This document shows positions 56,232 through 64,000 of a stretch of DNA of 64,000 nucleotides, one piece after another. The notes beneath the pieces were generated by a model that ran no database searches, was not told the DNA's origin, and was given only the letters and a program-made list of their open reading frames with translations. Made by a program: the position numbers and the translations under genes. Every line of letters begins with the position of its first letter. Position 1 is the stretch's first letter. The stretch comes from Phoronis australis (lineage: Eukaryota; Animalia; Phoronida). The DNA lies in NCBI GenBank assembly GCA_002633005.1, contig NMRA01000219.1, positions 560,534 through 624,533 on the forward strand. The letters are read 5' to 3'.

Positions 56232-59200
56232 GTAAGTCTATCGCACATTGCGCTCCGAATTTTTCAATTTTATGAGTTGTTTGACTGTATTAAATGTATT
56301 TTTTTATTTAATTCTAGCTCAATCGCGTCGGATCGACACCCTGGCGCAACACAAGACCTTCCATCCCAATTTTCTCGAAGACAGGTAAGCCGAAATTGCG
56401 CGAACTCATCTCGCGATTGTAGGGCTGAACCACGGCTTCAAAGCACATGACATCGTGTTACTGACATGGGCCAAGGGGACACAGTCGTTAGGACTAGCTG
56501 AGAAAGTCAGGTCGTTATAATTTGTTCATGTAAAAATGTGGGTATCTGATCCGCGCCGAGGAAGCCCGTAGCTATCCGGTTAGCGCTGAGACCAGCCAAG
56601 AGTCCTGGAGGAGCCAGGCGGACCACTGCTGGGATGGTGTATGAATGGGTGAATTCATGTTTTGAACAGGTTTAACAATTCGTATAACATTCAGAAATTA
56701 ACACCCAGCAAATTGGACTTATAAGCAAGTCACTAATTATTCACAAAACAAATGAACATCATCTGCGTTTCAGATTTCGGTGTCAAAACACTGACATTAA
56801 CCACAAAATTTCACTTTTCTCTTTGAATTGTCAGATAAATAACATGTGATTGAAACTCACGAACATCAGGTTGATGTCACCACAGATCCATGATCGTAAC
56901 CAAAAAAGGCCTAACAATGAACAATCACAGACTTCTGGCGTAACAGCGTGGATATAACGAGAAATCCATGATAACGAGTACAGAAAAGGGATACCCTGAA
57001 CCCCTCACACCCATACAGGCCTGGCAGTAAACATTACCACACAAGCTGCGGACAATTAATGTAGTTAATAACCACGTGAAATAATGAATAGTTTGTTTTC
57101 TCAACTGACTTACTCAGATGCCGAAACCCGCCTTAATTATTTTGACTACTAGCGACTACAATTCTCATTGTTCTGTCCTTTTGACCACTTACCCACACAA
57201 ACTTGAAGTTGCTCTGAATTGTCCTTATTCAGGTGACTGATTTCCAAGTTTTCCAGAACTGGCAGTTTGTTCAGCATCTGTTGTGACCATCATCAGAACA
57301 CTCAGACAAAGTTGAGCAGTAAAAGCCTTTTGTCAAAGACCTGAAATCCTCTCCAATTTGACTACATCATGAACAATTTGCAAGAGCAGTATGGTTCTTA
57401 ATCAAAAGTTGGTTTTTGTGTTATAAGGTGGCTTTATTGCCATTTTAAGGGTTAGTATCAAAACATCAAAATGGCGTAAAAAAATTTCTTTCCAGTTTGC
57501 TCTTCATTTATTTGCTTTTTATAACATCGATTTCTCATGATTCAGTGACATCCTTCTGATAGTTTATGAATTTCAAATACTCTATCTACACAAAGTGCAA
57601 ATGATTGTAATCACTACAGGGTATTATGATATTTGTATTGGCAACGGACATAATGTTATGTTTGATTTCTACACATAATGTAACACTGCTTATGCGTGCT
57701 TTATTGATTAGAAAATGTGTAGTCACGTTTCCATGGATTGTAAATTGATTTAAAATTCTACTCTCACATAAACCAGGTGTTTGAATCTCATTGCTTTAAT
57801 AGCACTTTCTGAAATAAATAGCAACTTGAACAGGGATTGAAACTGATTTTTTAAATTGTTTGACTTCTGAAATTGAATTTCATGTGAAAGCCAGGATAAT
57901 TTTTCTTCAAAGAAATACAATTAGAAAAACGATGAAATGTCATTCGGTTTATTGATCTGAGTTTCATTTAATTGGGACGTGTTCACTAGATGAGAGATAT
58001 ATGAAGTCAGCTGTGAGATATGTCCCTCGATGTTGTTGTGCTGACATTGGTTCAAACAAGTAGAACGGATATTTTAGGTGACAAAAGCATACCTGGTTTT
58101 GAGTAGATGTACAGTATACTGTCCATACTGTGTAGATTTGTCTTACCATGTGATGGGACCTTTATAGCTAGAAGTTAATACTTGGAAGAACCATTACTCA
58201 CGGTGCAGGGATCATCATGTTAGGGAGACTTCCAGTGTTTAACTTCACCTGTAGAGGACGCATCGTGTGGTGAAATAAGTTTATGCCATTGGGGGTGAAA
58301 TAGCTTACACCTAAATTGCCACGGGTACACTTCATTTGTTTCAAAAGGTTTCAATGCCATTAATGGAATCGAGAAAAGAAATTTTCATATTGTCCTTTAC
58401 AGGAGGTCTCTCTATTGGATTGACAAGATGCCAGCTCAGCCAGGAGGTGATGGTATCACTGTCTCAGGTAAACAATATTTGAGGTTTTTAATCCTATAAT
58501 TGAAAGTTTACGGAGTGTAAATTTTTGGAAAAATCATAGTCTAGCAGGTAACCTACATCAGATACCAGGCCGCCAAAATCTGAGTGTGAAATATTGAATA
58601 CAGACAGATGAAAATTTGAATAATTTGATGCTGTTCCCATCAATGGAAATTTATTTATTACAATTTATTTATTTAATTGGAATTATAGAATACGCAATTT
58701 CAAATTGTAAGCAATGTTGATAAGCTTAAAATATGAGTTTTGAAGTTAAAAATTATACTTATTTTTCCTTTTTAAACTTTCATCACCCGATTTCGTTGTT
58801 ATTCCATTGTAAATAAAATCGAAGGAGTACTTAAAAAGTTGTAATGTACTCAAGTATCATTCTATAAATGGATCTAAGTTATTGCACATTTAAATGTGTT
58901 TATGTTCAGTTGACACTTTCACTCATATTTCAGTGTTAACTCCACGTCAAGCTCAGCTAGTCTACCCAAAGATGGCACACAAAGAGTGGCAATGCGATCG
59001 ATATACTGGATCTTACAGGTATTGTGGCCAGCCTGAGTTTGTCATCGCAAAATTTAATTTCTGCTTACTTACAGAGGAGAGGAGGGTCTACTATGAAATT
59101 TTTCAGTTCCGCCATTTGCGCACAATTCTATAGGAATCCATGTATTTTTATGAGTCACAGGAAAGCAGTATATCACAACAACAAACACCTTAGACTTGTT

Positions 59201-60566
59201 TTATGCAACTTTTCATTGATTTTTTTCTGAAAATGTATAAACGCCCAAATTTTTGATAGGTACGCTTAATCAGATGTGAAGTTATGTATTGGTTTGCAAA
59301 GAATTAGAGTTTGTCATGGAAACCACACTCAACACATAATGACACACTTAACAAGCTAACTTATACATCCTGACCTCAAAGCTATAATGCACTGTCAGTT
59401 ATTTTGAAGCCTTGAAATCACGTCCCAACTTGATTTTAAGAGGCTAATTGGTCTTAATCAAAGTTGTTTTTCACAACGGAACAATTCTATCATGTATGCT
59501 GTTTCTTTATGTTGATGAAAAATATCATTTTATCTATGTATGTAACAAGTACTGCCCTCTTAGAACAACAAATTATACGTGGGCTCCGCAGCACTGAAAT
59601 AAATGGGGGTTATAGCCTCCCCAGCCCCCTATGGTGCATCGCCCATGTTATATCTGAGTGGTGCTAGTGTGAGCCAAATAAGTAGAAATTTGCAAAATTA
59701 ATGAAAACGTTGGAGCTTACCAACCGAAATTAACCCAGTTTCGAAATTTGATTTTTACCGCCACTTCCCTCTGGGATAAGTCGCCCAGCGCTATTCTGTG
59801 ATTACATGATACATGTGAGGCAAGACTACAAATAAAGTACGAAACTGACTGATTGATTAAGCAATTGCTGTCCGCAAGACAGGCAATGCAGCGATAGATA
59901 TCAGCTCAAGAGTTACTAAAGAAGTTCTTGAGGTGAATTGTATGGCTTTGCCAGCTGTTTATTTGACGTTATATTTTAGTATCTATTAATTCTTACGACT
60001 ATGTCCGCAGGTACAAGCCCATAATTCCCGTATCAAAAGGCGCCATGAGCGCAGAGGCGTCGGAACGTGTGGCGCAGTTAGCTCAACATAAGAATCCTCC
60101 ACAAAGCTTTGAATTTGATCGTTCTGTCTACACAGAAGTGAGTCGAGGAGCGAAGAAAGCGGAGGCTTCGGAAAGGATCGCAGTTTTAGCGACACCCAAG
60201 AAAAATTTCGGCGTTGTAGATTTCCGCGCCGAACATCCCGATTGGTTCTGGGCAGATTTACCTAACCCTATCTCTCGTGCAGCGCTAAAAGCAAATTGTA
60301 CGGAACGCGTTGAGACTCTAGCTTTGCATAAAGGCCCGCACTTTCAGGATCGAGAAGTGATATGGATCCCGTCAGAGACTGCTAAGAAAGCCATTGCTAC
60401 GTTGAGAGTCAATCAGCTGGCCAGACCAAGAAGCCGTACAAAAATGCCTGAGGAATTTGACCCTTATAAAGTCTCTATTGCGGCCAGACGGGCTAATGCA
60501 ACCCCTCGTGTTAGTGAATTATCTCTTCCAATTCCTCGTAAAGTAAGAAGCAAAAAGAATGTTTAG
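56219..60566 (+). CDS. THEG: THEG/SPMAP2-like protein (THEG repeats), 5 coding exons, 261 aa
   Basis: Exons 56219-56231, 56318-56384, 58403-58467, 58934-59018 and 60011-60566 join in phase: MAVQAQSRRIDTLAQHK...RRSLYWIDK...VLTPRQAQLVYPK... It carries repeated VSxxAxxAxxSERxxxLAxPK units typical of THEG-family proteins. Confidence 0.85.
56318..56384 (+). CDS. THEG: THEG-like exon 2
   Basis: TTCTAG acceptor, AG|GTAAGC donor, phase 1 to 2; SRRIDTLAQHK repeat unit. Confidence 0.83.
58403..58467 (+). CDS. THEG: THEG-like exon 3
   Basis: TTTACAG acceptor, G|GTAAAC donor, phase 2 to 1. Confidence 0.83.
58934..59018 (+). CDS. THEG: THEG-like exon 4
   Basis: TTTCAG acceptor, AG|GTATTG donor, phase 1 to 2. 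Confidence 0.8.
60011..60566 (+). CDS. THEG: THEG-like terminal exon with several THEG repeats
   Basis: CCGCAG acceptor in phase 2; includes ORF 60045-60566 with the repeats SERVAQLAQHK, SERIAVLATPK, TERVETLALHK, TLRVNQLARPR, TPRVSELSLP. Confidence 0.9.
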
Positions 60567-62242
60567 GTTGATTTTTGTGTCATGATCTTTAACAAAAATG
60601 CTGTCGGTCAAAATTACTTACAAGTGTTAGGAAAATCGACCTGAAAAGTTATTTTTAGGATTTTTTAATTATTACTCTTCGTAACACTTTAGATGGTGAG
60701 TGAGGTAATTATTCTTGAATGGTTTCTTCCCAATTTTTGCTCACAGCGTGGAGAACTGCTTATCAAATCTTGTACAGACATTTTTATTAACAGTCTGCTG
60801 AAGTATTTTCTGAGATCTTTGACTGTGCAATTTTATCTTAGCCGTTGTATTGCATGTTGTGATATTTACAGGAATGCTCATTTTGTATGTTTATTTTGTA
60901 ATATTGTTAATTAAGCTCATTGTATACAACTGCAGTTGTACAAAAATAATTGTATAGCAATGTTTTGGCTTTGATGCGTAATTTTCCATGGTTGTAGAAC
61001 TTCATCTATGCATATTTATTTGGATGTGTGGTACTAATTGCTTTGTTTACTAATATTTTCTAAGCTTGGATTAATAGCTGCAGTAATATTGCTCACATTT
61101 TGCCGACATTGTAATCAAGTGCTTTTAACTTGTTATGTCAATTTATTACTTCTGTATAAAGTGAATGAACTAGGTGTGGTCGATTTAAGCTCAGATTTTC
61201 GGTTATATATTCCGAGATTATGCAAGATTTTAATTACCATTTTAAGCAGTATGAAATGAAATGAAATGAAAGGTACTAACATATGTACTGAAATTCTGCA
61301 GGATAGATTATGACCCTATTTTGACTGAATTCTTTATGATGTGCCAGAAAATTCTATCGTGTCCAATCCAGTTTCATTTCATTTTGTAGGAATTTTGTAT
61401 CAGGACAAATGTATAATATTGCACAAAACCTCAATCTATGTGCATTTCAAGTATAGGGCTCCATACGAACATATAACCTAAGGTACTGAGAATTTTCATT
61501 CATTTCTGGAAATTGCTAAGAAATTATACAAAATCTATTCAGTTACCAAGTGTACAGTCACGTTGTGTTCATTGTCTTGTCTTATATATATTATGAATGC
61601 ATGGCCAATGTTGGAACAACAAAAACACGAAGAAATCTCTGTATTAGATGAAAATGATACGGTATAAATGTTGTCCGTGCGTGCACGCTCATACTAACTG
61701 CTGAAAAATGAATTTCATGTTTAGTGCCTTTTCCCATTCTCAAACGGTTTTGATATTCTTTCGTGCATACATTTGCTATGTCTCATAAACACTGCTGCTT
61801 TCTTGCTCAAAACATTTTGCTGTTGTAAGATACTCTTGCTCAAGATTTAAAATTGTATTTTTTTAAGTTTAGACTTCTTCCACTGTTTTTAAAAAACTCA
61901 TTTCACATAAACTTTGAGAATTGCTGTACTAGAAGAGCCATTCTATTCCTGTGATGAGAGGTCAGTGGTAAATTAATATCACAGTGGTAGATTTGCTCTA
62001 CTATTTATTGGCAGTTTATTTTGATTGTATGTAACAATAACTTGGTGGTGTGCTTGTGGGTTTGTCTGCAATATTGCGTGTCTTTAAGGCATAATCTAAC
62101 TGGTATGCATTCAATAACGCAAATGCTTGCGAGTTGGCAACATTTCGCAAATCTCATTAGTATTTTGCCAATCCAAATGCATTACAGCGAACATGTTTTA
62201 AACATACCTTTGCTTGCCAGCTGAACTTAAGTTTCAACAAAC

Positions 62243-62395
62243 AATTTAGAGAAGTCCTGGGAATTTTTTTCATTGTTGAAAGGAGTCAATTTAACAAGCC
62301 GAGCCCTCCTCAACAAACAGTTTCAAATTAGAGAAGTCTTGGGAATTTTTTTCATTGTTGAAAGGAGTCAACTTAACAAGGGGAGCCCTCAACAA
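62243..62395. repeat. About 81-bp direct duplication in the THEG-like 3' UTR region
   Basis: TTAGAGAAGTCYTGGGAATTTTTTTCATTGTTGAAAGGAGTCAAYTTAACAAG occurs twice. Confidence 0.85.
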
Positions 62396-62729
62396 AGCAA
62401 TGGCACTGAAACTATTCGATCATTTTCTCAAATGTGTATATCTGGGGTCTGATAGGTAATTAATTACCCTCAAGGCTTACTATTTCTCAAGCATAATTCA
62501 AGTAATGTCACTGCTAGTGTCTTGCAAATGGTTTGCGTTAATGAGTGCGTGTCTGTTCTATGCATGGTGGTTGTATTTTGATTTCTGGGTTGTGGTGCTG
62601 TGGTAAATATTTGTGAATTACCCCAAAACATCAAGCGTGACAGGATTGCTGCTGTTCTATTACTGTTCTATGAAACTATTGTTCGGATTATTTTGTTTTC
62701 AATCCGCAACTTTCATCCATTCAAAAGTC

Positions 62730-62739
62730 AATAAATAAA
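62730..62739 (+). terminator. Probable polyadenylation signal of the THEG-like gene
   Basis: Overlapping AATAAATAAA at the end of about 2.2 kb of AT-rich UTR-like sequence. Confidence 0.45.
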
Positions 62740-64000
62740 AGACTTGAAATTAAACCAAAGCTGATTTTTACAAAATTTGATTTTACACTTTTGATGTAAT
62801 GACAAAGAAGTCAGAAAGCACCAAATAGCTAACCAGGTACAGATCCAGAGTGAGGGTGGGGGAGGTAGGGAGGGTCACTACAGGGGCTACCTGCACTACC
62901 TAGCTTGTGTCGTTTTCTACATTTACTGTGGAAAAATTACTAGCATCCTTTATGTTTTTGCACTGTAAAACCCCTGGTCAACAACAGGGCTTTGGGCCTG
63001 TGGGTAGCCAGTATCATGTAGCATGTTATTGCATGTTTCCTTTTCACAAAATCAATGAAAACTAATACAGAAGCATAACCATTTTATTGAAAAAATATAC
63101 ACGTAAAATAGTACACGTCTCGTGCTCTGCTACTGTTCTGCAGAAAGCATCTACTGACCAATGTACCGATTCCAGACATCTAACCATGAGCAAAGAATTG
63201 TGGGACCCATTTGTCACTAAAATGTTTTGCAAGAAGTAAAGAATCATGGGAACAGCTGACATAAAAAGAAATAGTTGGGTACAACAAATTATAGCTGTGG
63301 TGCTCATGGCAAACACAAACTGGGGCATGTGCTGGCACTGGTCAAGTTTCTAAGAAACAATAAAACAAGTCAAAATTGAATCATTTTTACAGTGTTGGCT
63401 ACTTTGGTCAGCACACTAGCTAGCTAGCTAGGACAATATAACATAACTTAACATTTGTCCTAATTATATTCCCGGGATCTATCAACAGAAAATTCTTAGT
63501 CTAACATAATGATGCTGTAGATATACAAGTGCAAGCTTCACCAATGCTAATACAGACTTAAAACTGTCTTAGTTTATTACACTAGACCATCACCTCAACT
63601 TGCAGAAACATTGTAATGTTTGGATTGCACCATTGTTAGACAGCAGCTTCTTTTGAAGATGACACAACTGAAGGTTCGTTTACAAGAATCTGTTCTCACT
63701 TCAACTTCAGTAAAATAATCAGTGCTTATATCAAATTTGAACTAGAACAATTACCAACAATTCCATCATCATTTTCAAAAGTTTATTGCAATGCTCAAAA
63801 GCTCACCAGAGAATTTCATCAAAGGTTGTCTGATGTCTGTATGCTACAAAATATGAATAAAGGAAGCAAAATTCTCCAAATTTTTCTCTTCGTAGTTTTG
63901 TGTTCTAGAATAAGCTTTACACACGCAAAAATGTTTGTCTAATAAAGTGCAATATCAGGCAGAAATCAAAGAAGACGGGTACTTCTCAGAGTAGATGAAA

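Noticed and set aside
59001-59009. ATATACTGG as a U12 AT-AC donor in the THEG-like gene
   Set aside because: It lacks the ATATCCTT core, and a canonical phase-compatible GT donor lies at 59019 with an AG acceptor downstream.
1-64000. tRNA, rRNA, intact transposase or reverse transcriptase, or a prokaryote-type system
   Set aside because: None recognisable by eye; the window is explained by two spliced animal genes plus non-autonomous repeats. A covariance-model search could still find small ncRNAs.

Overview
AT-rich, intron-rich animal DNA, probably an invertebrate (the taxon cannot be fixed from sequence alone). Most six-frame ORFs are either noise or single exons. Manual splicing with phase checks recovers two + strand genes. 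The first is a FAM13A/B-family RhoGAP gene of about 30 coding exons (CDS about 9712-51479, about 1,110-1,130 aa), with a probable first exon near 760-879. The second is a 5-exon THEG/SPMAP2-like gene (CDS 56219-60566, 261 aa). A divergent first exon near 400-520 suggests a bidirectional promoter, and a convergent gene may end near 63.1 kb. The introns hold many non-autonomous DNA transposons (Merlin-, hAT-, Kolobok-, Harbinger- and Tc1-like), minisatellites and a probable haplotype false duplication at the single N (5075). The most interesting signals are in FAM13: a 6-nt microexon that re-spaces a capping-protein-interaction-like motif, a 41-nt exon that could act as either a stop or a start exon, stacked uORFs, and a perfect RFX X-box together with a cluster of RPx[S/T] motifs that hint at a ciliary role. 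All of these are hypotheses from sequence only.
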